From NCBI GenBank assembly GCA_046483985.1, contig JAWOCD010000028.1:9636-73635 (forward strand): DNA of 64,000 bases, read 5' to 3'. Origin of the DNA: Promethearchaeia archaeon (GTDB lineage Archaea > Asgardarchaeota > Lokiarchaeia > Sigyniarchaeales > SOKP01). Positions 18,168 through 28,782 of the stretch are shown here, in pieces. Position numbers and translations under genes: made by a program. Numbering within the stretch: position 1 is the first letter of the stretch; each line of letters starts with the position of its first letter. The notes beneath the pieces are model-generated. The model did not search any database, had not been told where the DNA came from, and saw nothing but the letters and a program-made list of their open reading frames with translations.

Positions 18168-20840
18168 GTGGTAAAAACTCGTAAGAAATTTTTCATAGTC
18201 ATAGAAAGGGATAAAAGCAAACCGGAAAAATTACTCTTCAATGTGAATTTTTTCTATTTAAGGTCATATGACCCCCGGTCTGATTCGTTTTCCTTTATTG
18301 ATAAGCCCTTCTTCAGAGGGACCGTGCAATTAGGGTTAGATATGAATGATAAACTCCGTCCTTTACGCTTTGTTAAATTGAGAAAGGATAAGACAAAAAA
18401 ACCCATCAATCCAGGGATTTTTAAAAAATTTCTTTTTGACGAGCATAATAAGTTTATCGCCTTTTCTCGAGCCACGAACAAACAAGATCTCTCTTCTATG
18501 TTAGAAATGCTGAATCACTTTCAGTTTGAGAAGGAACGGATAAAATATCTTACTTTTTGCCAGAGGTGTTTGGATAAGCGCCGCTTTAAAATCTTAGATA
18601 AACAAGTGCAAATTAAATCCTTTAACGATCAAATAATTTGTTCTAAATGCGCAATGAAAATTGTTAAACGGAAGGCAGAATTATCCGGATTCTTGCCCGC
18701 AAAGAAGGATTCAATCCGAAAATTGAAAGGGTTCTTACAGCATATGATTTTAAAATTCAAGGATATCAAAAAGGTGCTGGAAGCGTTTAAACCCGATTTT
18801 CAACCAGCAGAAAATAGAGATGTCACCTTATATGACATGGAAAAGAAAACACCGATCAGCAAAAAATATATGAATGTCAAGGTTGAGGAATTACCAATAT
18901 CCGATCCATTAGAGAGGGTTTTGAGAAAAGAGAACATCAAAACACTACTCCCCATTCAAGCAATTTCTATAGACCAAGGATTAATAAGCGAAAGACAAGA
19001 TCAACTGGTGATGGCCCCCACTTCGGGGGGAAAGACCTTAGTAGGGGAAATTGCTGGAATTATGAATGTACTTAAGAGTGAGGGAAAAATGCTTTATTTA
19101 GTCCCTATTGTTGCACTCGCGAATATAAGAACTAGTGAGTTTAAGGAGAAATATTCTCCAATTCACATGAAGGTGGTAAAAAAAACGGGAGAATCGTTTT
19201 TAGACCCAGAGCCCATGAAATCAAGCCTTTCGGATATAACCGATGCAGATATCGTCATAGCAACCTATGAAGCGATTGATTACATTCTCCGAAGCGGGAA
19301 TTATCGTTTTTTGGGTGAGATTGGAACGATAGTTATCGATGAAGTGCAGACTCTTATTGATCAAGATCGGGGCTTTATTCTGGACGGATTGATTAGCAGA
19401 CTCAAATATCTACATCAAGATGCCCAATTTCTTTATTTAAGTGCAACAGTCGGAGAGCCTGAAGATCTTGCAGAAGAATTACACTGTAACCTTATTCGGT
19501 ATAATAACCGGCCCGTTCCCGTAGAGCGACATTTAGTGTTGTGTCTTAATGAAAGTATGAAGCATAAAACTATTGCAAACCTCGCCCGGAAAGCCTATTA
19601 TCAAAAATCGAACTACGGATTTAAGGGACAATCGATTGTATTTTCCAATGCCCGAAAAAAATGTGAGGCCCTTGCGAAATATTTGAATGAACGGGGGCTT
19701 TTTTTCCGTGCTTATCATGGGGGCTTAACCAACACCGAAAGAAAACGCATAGAAAGAGAATTCCAAGACCAGAAAATTGCAGGTGTTGTTACCACGGCTG
19801 CCCTTGCTGCAGGTGTAGACTTGCCGGCAAGTCAAGTTATTTTTGAATCTTTAGCAATGGGGATCGACTGGTTAACTGTTGCAGAATTTGAACAGATGCT
19901 GGGGCGAGCGGGCAGATTAAGAAAACATGATCTCGGACGGGCGTATCTATTAGTTGAGCCCGGTAAGATTTACTCTCCGAAAATGAAAAACACCGAGGAG
20001 ACCATCGCAATAAGATTATTAGCTGGTAATATCAAGGATTTCGAACTAACTCCGGATCAAACAAAATCAAATACAGAGCTTCTATCATTTATTTCTATGT
20101 TTGATGAAGGCGTCTCACATAGATCTATTCGTTCCTTTTACAACCATTTAATCAATGGGGATTATAACATAGACGCCTCCCTGAAAAAGCTTAAAAGCCA
20201 AAACTTGATTCGCATAAAAAAGGGATCCCAATATTACGCGACGAATCTCGGCAGATCTATAGCAAAATCCTTCCTCACAATTCGAGAAAGTTTAGACATC
20301 ATTGACTTAATCCGGGATGAGGAAAATACGATTACAGAGATCTCATTAGAGTTAAAGCCACTCAAAAATGTGTATTTATCTAAAGGAATGGTAGCCGACT
20401 TGGCTAAAAATGTGAATATGAAATATATGTCCAATAATTTCTTCAGTGCAAGCGTTTTAAACCTGATGAACGCGGAAAATGTCAGAAAGCGTAAAAAGTT
20501 TTCCCGCAAATTCATCAGATTTGTCACCAGATGGATGGATGACATCTTTACGTGCGATTGCGAAGATAAGCCCTACTGTGATTGCGGAAGGATCAATCTT
20601 GAGAGCATAATTTTAGATCTACGCACTAAAGATAATTTCTCGATTAGCGAAATCTGTATGTATCTCCACGAAAAATATAACCTTACCGTGTTTAAAGGAG
20701 ATATCATTGATTACTTGAATAGTCTCATATATTCTTTTCAAAGTATTAAAAATATTGCCCTAGGGATTCCTGATTTAGGAGAGGCTTACGAAGCGGAAAT
20801 AAAAAAGATCCCAAAAATTGTTCAAAGTATAAAGACCTAA
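18168..20840 (+). CDS. Archaea-specific Ski2-like SF2 helicase (COG1202-type) with Cys-rich C-terminal domain
   Basis: APTSGGKT, DEVQ, SAT, QMLGRAGR and C-terminal CDCEDKPYCDCG. Confidence 0.88.
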   Translation: MVKTRKKFFIVIERDKSKPEKLLFNVNFFYLRSYDPRSDSFSFIDKPFFRGTVQLGLDMNDKLRPLRFVKLRKDKTKKPINPGIFKKFLFDEHNKFIAFSRATNKQDLSSMLEMLNHFQFEKERIKYLTFCQRCLDKRRFKILDKQVQIKSFNDQIICSKCAMKIVKRKAELSGFLPAKKDSIRKLKGFLQHMILKFKDIKKVLEAFKPDFQPAENRDVTLYDMEKKTPISKKYMNVKVEELPISDPLERVLRKENIKTLLPIQAISIDQGLISERQDQLVMAPTSGGKTLVGEIAGIMNVLKSEGKMLYLVPIVALANIRTSEFKEKYSPIHMKVVKKTGESFLDPEPMKSSLSDITDADIVIATYEAIDYILRSGNYRFLGEIGTIVIDEVQTLIDQDRGFILDGLISRLKYLHQDAQFLYLSATVGEPEDLAEELHCNLIRYNNRPVPVERHLVLCLNESMKHKTIANLARKAYYQKSNYGFKGQSIVFSNARKKCEALAKYLNERGLFFRAYHGGLTNTERKRIEREFQDQKIAGVVTTAALAAGVDLPASQVIFESLAMGIDWLTVAEFEQMLGRAGRLRKHDLGRAYLLVEPGKIYSPKMKNTEETIAIRLLAGNIKDFELTPDQTKSNTELLSFISMFDEGVSHRSIRSFYNHLINGDYNIDASLKKLKSQNLIRIKKGSQYYATNLGRSIAKSFLTIRESLDIIDLIRDEENTITEISLELKPLKNVYLSKGMVADLAKNVNMKYMSNNFFSASVLNLMNAENVRKRKKFSRKFIRFVTRWMDDIFTCDCEDKPYCDCGRINLESIILDLRTKDNFSISEICMYLHEKYNLTVFKGDIIDYLNSLIYSFQSIKNIALGIPDLGEAYEAEIKKIPKIVQSIKT

Positions 20841-20918
20841 AAACAATCAGAAACTAATATTAAAATAGGTTAAAATATAAGATCAAATATAATTCAAGAT
20901 TAATTATTAAGTTATCTC

Positions 20919-21872
20919 ATGCTCTATACAATCTTTCTCTATCAAAGCAGTAGCGGCTTGTTAATGTACGATAAAAGTTTCCAAGATGTTAGTTCGGGAA
21001 GAATGGAGCTATTTTCGTCTTTTTTTTCTGCAATCAAGTCATTTATTAAAGAATTAGTCTTAGAAGGATCAACTGAATTAAAGAATATTGAATTAGGCGA
21101 TTACACCGTTATAATTACAGCCGTTCCCGAGATTAACGTGGATTTGGTGATGATCGCAGATAAGAAAGATTATAAAATATTAAAAAAGCTTATTCCTAAA
21201 ATTCTTAAAATTATCTTGAATCATAAACAATTGTTCTTGGAATGGGATGGGAATCGGGAACAATTGATGGTATTGGATAAACCCTTGACAGAATTAATCT
21301 TGAAGAAACGAAAAAAACTGATTAGTGACGATAACCTTGTTGAGAATTCAGAAGATCTCTTACAATCTATATGGGATCGCAAAGAAAAAATAGAAAAGGA
21401 GCAAAGAAAGCGCTTACTTCAAGAGAGAGATTTTCTCATCGAACGAATCTCCGAGACAACGAATTTACAAAGAAAGTTGGAAATTGCTAAAAACGTCCTC
21501 AAAATTTCGGAGCGTTTAAAAGACGAAAAGTCTTTTTTAAAATATCAAAAAAAAGTAAAAAGGCTAAAAGATCAAATTGAAGACACAAAATTTAAACTCG
21601 AATATTATTTGGAAAAAGTAAAAAAAACACTTTCCTCCTCAATTGATAAATTAGGCAATAAATCCCTTCACCAAGCGGATTTTAAGGATGCTTATTTAAA
21701 TCTGTATTCCTTTAGTACCAAATTAAAGAATTTAACGGAAGATGACAAATGGGAAAAGTATCGAAATCTTGCTAAAGCCCTCATCAATAAAGATGAAAAA
21801 GAAAAAGGTAAACTCTCTAAGATAGTTTCAGAAATCTTTAATATGAAAGATAATATTGAATCTTATTTATAA
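20919..21872 (+). CDS. Longin-domain protein with C-terminal helical/coiled-coil region
   Basis: IFLY..SGLLMY..F..LFSSFFSAIKSF..EL..IELGDY pattern typical of Asgard longins. Confidence 0.75.
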   Translation: MLYTIFLYQSSSGLLMYDKSFQDVSSGRMELFSSFFSAIKSFIKELVLEGSTELKNIELGDYTVIITAVPEINVDLVMIADKKDYKILKKLIPKILKIILNHKQLFLEWDGNREQLMVLDKPLTELILKKRKKLISDDNLVENSEDLLQSIWDRKEKIEKEQRKRLLQERDFLIERISETTNLQRKLEIAKNVLKISERLKDEKSFLKYQKKVKRLKDQIEDTKFKLEYYLEKVKKTLSSSIDKLGNKSLHQADFKDAYLNLYSFSTKLKNLTEDDKWEKYRNLAKALINKDEKEKGKLSKIVSEIFNMKDNIESYL

Positions 21873-21882
21873 TAAATATGCA

Positions 21883-23067
21883 CTAATCTATGTGAATTTC
21901 TATTTTGTCGTTGTCCTTCACGGGATAATCTAATCCCACCCTCTTTCTTTTGATTCTGGCACCTTCTCGCATAACAACTGCAAAAGAAAACTTTTCAACG
22001 AAAGATTTATGAATTTTTCTTGCCACATCTTCAATCGTCCCTCCTTTATCCACCAATAAAGGCTTATCTGAGACCTTCCCATCGGTCATTGTGTAGATTT
22101 TAATTTTTCCCAGAAATTTAATCACCTTTCTCCCGAAATTTTCGGGAAAGATCCCTTTTTTTATACTCACTCCAAAAATAAGCGGGAAATTTTCCGAATA
22201 TTTCTTTTTGAGTTCTTGGAATCTCTCTTTTGTATGTGGGAGGTCTCCTTTTGTTCCAAAGATAATCGCCTTCTTGTAGACGACAGAAGGATCTAACGCA
22301 TCAGCTAATTGGCGTAAACTAATCTCATCATAAACTTTCACTATACAGTTCTGAATCCCGCTCTCTCTGACGATTTTCTTAATTTGATCTGTAAGGTGCA
22401 ATTTTTCTTTTGCTTCATTGGTGAGAAAAAATACTTGAATATTGTTGGCTCCAGTTTTTTGAATTTTTATAGGAGGAGGAGGTTCATTAATCCGTATTTC
22501 TCCTTTGCTGAGCTCATTTAAAATCAACTCCATCTGCCTTTCTATATTTCTTGTTAAATCTATACAAATACAGATTAAATCCGTTGCCCTCAATTGAGCG
22601 AGAATTTCTTTTCCGTTTCCCACTCCTTTATGAGCATTTTCCATAATTGATGGCATATCCACAATTTGAAAACGTACTCCTAGATCCTTATATATTCCGA
22701 GTTCAGGAGTTGGGGTAAACTGTCCTATCTTTTCTTCAGCGGCGCCGGTTAAGAAATGGAGTAATGATGTTTTTCCCGCGCCAGGAGTATAATAATCACT
22801 GATGAGAATTAGCTGTGTGCCCTCCTTTTTAATGGAAAAAGGGCTTACTATGCCCTTTTGGCTTTTTTCTCGTTTTTTTTGCTTTTCTAATTCACGGCGG
22901 AGCTTGGCCAATCGGGTTTTGTTAAGCGCAACAATATTTTCCGTTGCTTTATGTTTAGGGACTAAGGAAATGTATTTTTCGAGTTTCTGAATCTTTTCTT
23001 CAATTGAATCTGCATTCAGATATTCATTATAGGCAGCTTGTGCCTCTGGGCCGACATTTGAACTCAA
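21883..23067 (-). CDS. DRG/OBG-family GTPase with TGS domain (divergent G motifs)
   Basis: PKHKATE..RLAKLR N-terminus, PGAGKTS, and C-terminal TGS (VARKIH..RVGLDY..D.D.IEIH). GGAGG RBS before TTG. Confidence 0.85.
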   Translation of the reverse strand: MSSNVGPEAQAAYNEYLNADSIEEKIQKLEKYISLVPKHKATENIVALNKTRLAKLRRELEKQKKREKSQKGIVSPFSIKKEGTQLILISDYYTPGAGKTSLLHFLTGAAEEKIGQFTPTPELGIYKDLGVRFQIVDMPSIMENAHKGVGNGKEILAQLRATDLICICIDLTRNIERQMELILNELSKGEIRINEPPPPIKIQKTGANNIQVFFLTNEAKEKLHLTDQIKKIVRESGIQNCIVKVYDEISLRQLADALDPSVVYKKAIIFGTKGDLPHTKERFQELKKKYSENFPLIFGVSIKKGIFPENFGRKVIKFLGKIKIYTMTDGKVSDKPLLVDKGGTIEDVARKIHKSFVEKFSFAVVMREGARIKRKRVGLDYPVKDNDKIEIHID

Positions 23068-23176
23068 AATAATCTAACCTCCGTTTTTCTTTTTATTGTA
23101 CAAAAAAAACTCATAAAGATTAGCAATATATATTAATGAGTCCTTAAATTTGAATTTCATTTCAATGACTATATTA

Positions 23177-23644
23177 TTATAGAATTGAACGAAACCGGTC
23201 TTCTGTTTTTAAGCGGAGATCTCCCAGCGATTCATCAATTCGCTTATTAAATTTATGATATTTGGCCTTTTTTTTCTCCTTAAAGAAGATATCATGTAGG
23301 GAGTAGCGATTAAGAAACAAATTGGTAATCCTCTTTAATAAATTTTTGATTACATCGGGTTCGCTGGTATTTTTCTCAATAATAGCATAGCAGAGTAATG
23401 TGTTTTGGGTTTTTTCTTCATTTCCCGGTAAAGCAATCTCCTCAGAATAACATACTAACTTAAAGGAAGCCAGGGATACAACATTAATATTATCGCCAAA
23501 CACTTCAGTGGTGAAACTTTCCAGTGCAGATAAAAACCCAGCTCTTAAGTTTGGATCCAAGCCCCGATCATCGGTTTCTTTATAATAAATCCTTTCGAGT
23601 AAATTTTCTGAACCCCTGTTTATTCCAACTTCTAATATAGCTAT
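23177..23644 (-). CDS. Stand-alone longin-like protein
   Basis: DPNLRAGFLSALESF motif. The frame is open upstream of TTG 23560 and encodes the first strands (IAILEVGI). Probable ATA start at 23644. Confidence 0.7.
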   Translation of the reverse strand: MAILEVGINRGSENLLERIYYKETDDRGLDPNLRAGFLSALESFTTEVFGDNINVVSLASFKLVCYSEEIALPGNEEKTQNTLLCYAIIEKNTSEPDVIKNLLKRITNLFLNRYSLHDIFFKEKKKAKYHKFNKRIDESLGDLRLKTEDRFRSIL

Positions 23645-23742
23645 GATTATCGCCTCACAAAATTTTTAGTTTTAAAGGATTATCCACATTTTTTCCTTAC
23701 TATTTATTGATAGTGAATTAAGTATTTAATTTTTTTCTGACT

Positions 23743-24603
23743 TCAACTAGAGTCGATTTGTTTTTTATAGGCAATAATTGTATTTCTCATCAAGGAATGC
23801 ACAGTCATAGGTCCTACGCCGCCTGGGACGGGAGTTATTAAAGAACATTTCTCATATACATCGTCAAAATCAACGTCTCCGTATATTTCTCCCTCTATTC
23901 GATTAATCCCCACATCGATTATAATTGCTCCCTTTTTTATCATATTTTCCGTGATGAACTTGGCTTTCCCTACTGCAACAACGAGGATATCCGCTATTTT
24001 TGTATATTGTTGTAGGTCCTCTGTTGCAATATGACAAATGGAAACCGTGGCATCCCGTTTTAAACACATGAATAGCAAGGGTTTTCCCACTAGATTGGAA
24101 TGATTTATAATGGTAATATCTTTCCCGGCAAGATCTATGTCGTAATGTTCCAATAAGGTAATAATTCCTTTGGGCGTGCACGCCACCAGATCTTCCTTAT
24201 AATCGAATAACTTTCCTCTATTAATTGGATGAAATCCGTCAACATCTTTTTCTGGAGAAATTTGAGACAAAAATTCTGAAGTATAAGGTTTTAAATAATC
24301 GGGAAGGGGTAGTTGTAAGAGAATGCCATGGATCGATTCGTCTTGATTTAATTCTTGTATTTTATTCAGTAATTGCTCTTTATTAATAGACTGATCGTAT
24401 TTAATTGTGATAGAGTTAATTCCCACACTCTTACAAGTTCGATGCTTTATTTTTAAATAAATTTCCGATGCGGGGTCGGCTCCCACCAAAATAGTCGCTA
24501 AAGTAGGTTGAATGTTAGTTTTTTGGTACAATTGATCAATCTGTTTTGCGAGTTTTTCATTCAACTGATTCGCTAAACTTTTTCCATCAAGAATTTTTTC
24601 CAT
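23743..24603 (-). CDS. folD: Methylenetetrahydrofolate dehydrogenase/cyclohydrolase
   Basis: ILDGK, HGILLQLPLP, KDVDG, CTPKG and TPVPGGVGPMT motifs. Confidence 0.96.
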   Translation of the reverse strand: MEKILDGKSLANQLNEKLAKQIDQLYQKTNIQPTLATILVGADPASEIYLKIKHRTCKSVGINSITIKYDQSINKEQLLNKIQELNQDESIHGILLQLPLPDYLKPYTSEFLSQISPEKDVDGFHPINRGKLFDYKEDLVACTPKGIITLLEHYDIDLAGKDITIINHSNLVGKPLLFMCLKRDATVSICHIATEDLQQYTKIADILVVAVGKAKFITENMIKKGAIIIDVGINRIEGEIYGDVDFDDVYEKCSLITPVPGGVGPMTVHSLMRNTIIAYKKQIDSS

Positions 24604-24788
24604 TTTCTTTTAACGCCTCAGAGTATATATGATATAGGGATAGTTAAAATAAAAAAGATAAGCCTAATTTATTTAATATCTGAAAAAGTGATCAAAGGAA
24701 AATTAAAGGGGAAATAAGAATAAAAAATTTGAATTTATAATTTATCATTCATTTAGAGAAATAATTTATCATTCCCAATTCAATAATT

Positions 24789-25952
24789 ATGAGACTAACC
24801 AATCCACTACTTAATAATTCTGATGATTTCACCTTTCCCGCTCCACTTTTTTATCTGGCAAATATAGTCGATTATCTTAATCCTTTAGTGAGATCTCTAA
24901 GTAAATTAGAAAGTTTAATACTTCAGAGAAAAATGAAGAAGGAAAAAATTAAAGAGCCGATTTATGTTACGGGATTAGCGAGAGCGGGAACTACCATTAA
25001 TTTAGAGATCTTGAATAAACATCCCGATACCGCAACTCACAAATATCTCCATATGCCATTACCCTATTTACCCTATTTTTGGACGAAACTCGCGGAAAAA
25101 ACATCAATCTTTATAGAACCAAGACAACGACTTCACAAGGACGGTATAATTGTAAACCGGGAGAGTCCAGAAGCCTTAGAAGAGATTATATGGGATAAAT
25201 TTTTCGACGATTATAAGTCAGAATTAAAAAGTAATATCTTTGATGAAAATATCAGTAATAAAGATTTTGAAGACTTCTACAAAAATCATATATTAAAACT
25301 TTTAGTAAAAGAAAATGCTTCCAGGTATGTAGCAAAGAATAACTACAATATTACAAGGATGTCTTATCTATTGCAATTGTTTCCAGAGGCAAAGTTTTTA
25401 TTAGTGATTCGCAACCCAATTAATCATATAGCCTCCACAATTAAACAATGTCAAATATTCGAAAAAATGGGAGAAAATGATCAAAAATTAAAACGTATGA
25501 CGGAAATCATTGGACACCATGAATTTGGACCTAGTAAAATTTATATCAATGTGAATAATACTCAGACGGTTAAAAGGATAAAGAAACTGTGGGATAAGGA
25601 AAAAAACATAAAAGGATGGGTATTATATTGGAAGAGTGTATATGATTTTGCTGCGAAACAACTTAAAAAAAATAAAAGACTCAGAAAAAATACACTTATA
25701 GTTAGATATGAAGATCTGTGTAAAGAGCCCAGGAAAATGATTAATAAAATCCTAACGCATACAAACCTTTCTAAGGGTAAGTTTCAAAAAATCAAAGAAT
25801 ACTATGTAAAAAAAATTAGGTGTCCCGATTACTATGACTTTAAATTCTCAAAAGATGAACTAAAAATGATATCCAATATTACCAAAAAGACAACCGATTT
25901 TTTTGGGTACAATGGAATTAACGATCTGCGAAAGAAGTCCCCATCCCTTTAG
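24789..25952 (+). CDS. PAPS-dependent sulfotransferase family protein
   Basis: GLARAGTT (5'-PSB), RNPINHIAS (3'-PB) and VRYEDL. The last codons come from the family A repeat. Confidence 0.85.
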   Translation: MRLTNPLLNNSDDFTFPAPLFYLANIVDYLNPLVRSLSKLESLILQRKMKKEKIKEPIYVTGLARAGTTINLEILNKHPDTATHKYLHMPLPYLPYFWTKLAEKTSIFIEPRQRLHKDGIIVNRESPEALEEIIWDKFFDDYKSELKSNIFDENISNKDFEDFYKNHILKLLVKENASRYVAKNNYNITRMSYLLQLFPEAKFLLVIRNPINHIASTIKQCQIFEKMGENDQKLKRMTEIIGHHEFGPSKIYINVNNTQTVKRIKKLWDKEKNIKGWVLYWKSVYDFAAKQLKKNKRLRKNTLIVRYEDLCKEPRKMINKILTHTNLSKGKFQKIKEYYVKKIRCPDYYDFKFSKDELKMISNITKKTTDFFGYNGINDLRKKSPSL

Positions 25953-26071
25953 GGAGGGGATGAATTTCGTATTTATAAAGACCACCTAAATACAAGGGAA
26001 AAACCTATTTTACTACTTTATGCTATAATCAAAGCGGTTTCAAGATTAAAAATAATACAATTGTGTTTTTA
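25923..26071 (+). mobile_element. IS200/IS605 remnant: left-end palindrome plus tnpB-like fragment
   Basis: Family A repeat, then 25979-26071 translates as RPPKYKGKTYFTTLCYNQSGFKIKNNTIVFL, resembling the TnpB N-terminal PxxK..Y.QSGFK segment. Confidence 0.7.
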
Positions 26072-26244
26072 TCTATGAAAATTTATGTGGGTACATCCCA
26101 AGGAAGTTTAATTTGTATATAATCGGTATACCCTCTGAAATGTTAAAGGAATATGCTTTCTTTTGGGTCTTTGGAAATGAAAATTAAAAAAAACAAAAAA
26201 TGAAGAAGGAAAGAGTTGTATGTGATAAAATGTTTATCAAGAAA

Positions 26245-27537
26245 TTAATATGAACCTAGATCCTTGATTAGGGTCGAAATAAATGCGGCAATATCTGGTA
26301 TATTAAAAAGAATAATTAATTCCACAAAAATTAATCCAGATAAGATTAAGAGTGCTCGTCTCTTTTTTTTCGACATTTTTTTCTTTTCTTCCTTAGTTCC
26401 AGTTATAAATGGTTTAAGAATCAGACCAATAGAAAATAAATGAGTTGTCATTAAAAGCAAAAGATTTAAAGAACTGACAGATAATATGTAAGACACTCCA
26501 TATGACCAGACAACATTTCCATCCTTATCGACCTCATAAACCACGCCACCTAATCCACCGCCGATAAGAGTATTTTCATTTTCCAATCGGTCAGCTTCAT
26601 AAGCAAACATTAGATCTCCACTATATTCCCACTCGATTTCTTTCGTATCTTTATCGATTTCAAAAACCCTATGAATATCAGTTATTAAAATATTTCCGTT
26701 GTCTAACTCATCAGCATCTCTTGCCCACGTTAATCCTTTATTATACTCCCATACGATTTCTTTTGATTCACGGTCCACTTCTATAATTCGGTGATTCTCA
26801 GAATCGGCTACGAGTATGTTTCCATTTTCCAAATAGTGGGGATTGTGTTGATGATTTAATTTTGTTTTATCTAAATAATCTCCAAAATACCATACAATAT
26901 CCTCTGCACTGGCCTTATCGCGATTTTTTGCAGAAGTATAATTCACTTCTACGATCAAGTCGAAATTACGTATTGATACTAACATAGCGGTCCAATTCCC
27001 ACCGTCATAATCTTTAAAATTCACATCATTTAAATGGGTCCAATCATATTCAATTGGATTATTAAAATAATGGGCTGAATCCCATGTATCATTATTAATC
27101 TGTTCCCAATCAATATCTTCTGGTTTCCATTCCCAAGTTATCTCCTTTGATTCATATTCGATTTCGCACACTCTGTCAAATCCCGTATCAGCAATCATTA
27201 AATTGTCATTTTCCATCTCCACGATATCATGGGGGTGTGCAAATCCTTCTTTTTCCCAAACAATATTACCCGCTGTATCCACTTCGATAACCCGATGATG
27301 CGGAGAATCTTCTTCCACGGGATTTTGTTGAGAAACTCGTGAAAGATGTAATAAGAGTTGTGGTACTGTATTAGAAGCAATAAAAGTATTATTATTTTCT
27401 CTCCGGTTCACACCTTCGAAGACGCCCATATTTTTGTAGTTATCCGCCGCTAAAACTGACCATAATATAAGATTAGAAAGGATGAAAATGATAAGTATGA
27501 CAATTATTTTTTTACTTCTTAATTTGAGATTAACCAT
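26245..27537 (-). CDS. Arylsulfotransferase (ASST)-like beta-propeller, membrane anchored
   Basis: Repeated IEVD..G.IVWE blades, WTHLNDV and HQHNP motifs. N-terminal signal and two C-terminal TMs. Confidence 0.75.
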   Translation of the reverse strand: MVNLKLRSKKIIVILIIFILSNLILWSVLAADNYKNMGVFEGVNRRENNNTFIASNTVPQLLLHLSRVSQQNPVEEDSPHHRVIEVDTAGNIVWEKEGFAHPHDIVEMENDNLMIADTGFDRVCEIEYESKEITWEWKPEDIDWEQINNDTWDSAHYFNNPIEYDWTHLNDVNFKDYDGGNWTAMLVSIRNFDLIVEVNYTSAKNRDKASAEDIVWYFGDYLDKTKLNHQHNPHYLENGNILVADSENHRIIEVDRESKEIVWEYNKGLTWARDADELDNGNILITDIHRVFEIDKDTKEIEWEYSGDLMFAYEADRLENENTLIGGGLGGVVYEVDKDGNVVWSYGVSYILSVSSLNLLLLMTTHLFSIGLILKPFITGTKEEKKKMSKKKRRALLILSGLIFVELIILFNIPDIAAFISTLIKDLGSY

Positions 27538-27645
27538 AGATTAGATATTTTTAAAAGATATAAAAATTTTAGCGGAAAACGAATGCTAGAAGGGTTTATC
27601 TGTCCAATTCCAACTCCATCCTTTAAGGTGAAATCTGAAAAATTC

Positions 27646-28782
27646 CTAGATTCTTCTTTGTTGCCAGTACCAAACACCAAACCCTATAACCGCTCCAATA
27701 CCCACTAAAATTATGATTAGGACAACCCAATTGAATTCCACCATCCATACATTTTCATCCAGATAAAGGAGGTCCTCATCATAGGTTTTTAAGATATGAA
27801 AAGCATAATATGTGTTGGTCACTGCAGAAGTTTCTTGATCATCTAAGCCGTTATAATTGAAAAATCCTCCGTCTTTAAAATTCTGCTTATTTAAGACCCA
27901 TTCCGTAGTGCTTTCATTAGGAAGTTCATTTTCATCTAAGAGTTTTATGCTTTCAATTGCAAAAAAGGTGCTACTTAATAAACAGAATTCTGACTCGTCT
28001 CCGGGTAAGAATCCGCCATAATTTACCTCGTCTGCTTGGTTGTCCACATAATATCCGTTAAGGTATTCTATGGTATTTTCTGCATCTGAAATCTCATCTA
28101 AATCACCCAATATTTGTAATGCATTTAAGGCGTAATAGGTATTTGCAACAGTGGAATCCAAACTTGTATTTCCACCAAAACCGCCATTTGAATTTATGCA
28201 CGAGAGGATAAAATCCTTGTGTTTGTCTGCATTATCAATATCCATATCCAGAACATCTAAAATCTTAATACTGTAGGATGTAGAGATAAGATTGGCGGAA
28301 GTGGACGTATTGGTGGGACCAAAACCCCCATCTTGTTGTTCCATATTTGAAATATAGAGTTCAATATCATTTCTAACACTAGAACTTATAGATGAATTGA
28401 CAAGTTCATTTGCTCTTAATAAATAATATAAGTCATAAACACTATGCATAGTTTTTACGAAATCGGTTAGCTCGTTTTTTAAATTAGTTTGGAAGACAGA
28501 AACATTCACATTTATTTTTGCATCTCCAAACAGTTGGGGTTCCTCATATAATTCAAAAAAATCAAGCATTTCTAAAGCATAGCCGGTTGCTTTATATGAA
28601 ATATCATCACTTTTCAAACTATTGGTAAATCCAGTATCCTTTTCATTATCTAAGAGATAATCCGTTAAATAAGTCTTTCTTGTTTTAGCTAATACAACAG
28701 GTAAAACAATGCTGATACTAATGATGAATATTATTCCGACAATCAGAATATATCGTAATTTATGATTTATTTTCAAGAACAT
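27646..28782 (-). CDS. Prenyltransferase/squalene-oxidase repeat (alpha-alpha barrel) protein, exported and C-terminally anchored
   Basis: Four Q/N-x-x-GGF...T-Y/F-x-A-x-x-x-L repeats, N-terminal signal and C-terminal TM. Confidence 0.8.
   Translation of the reverse strand: MFLKINHKLRYILIVGIIFIISISIVLPVVLAKTRKTYLTDYLLDNEKDTGFTNSLKSDDISYKATGYALEMLDFFELYEEPQLFGDAKINVNVSVFQTNLKNELTDFVKTMHSVYDLYYLLRANELVNSSISSSVRNDIELYISNMEQQDGGFGPTNTSTSANLISTSYSIKILDVLDMDIDNADKHKDFILSCINSNGGFGGNTSLDSTVANTYYALNALQILGDLDEISDAENTIEYLNGYYVDNQADEVNYGGFLPGDESEFCLLSSTFFAIESIKLLDENELPNESTTEWVLNKQNFKDGGFFNYNGLDDQETSAVTNTYYAFHILKTYDEDLLYLDENVWMVEFNWVVLIIILVGIGAVIGFGVWYWQQRRI

Noticed and set aside
27605-27640. Weak CCTTTAAGG hairpins here and near 58610
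   Set aside because: Too degenerate to assign to the palindrome families.
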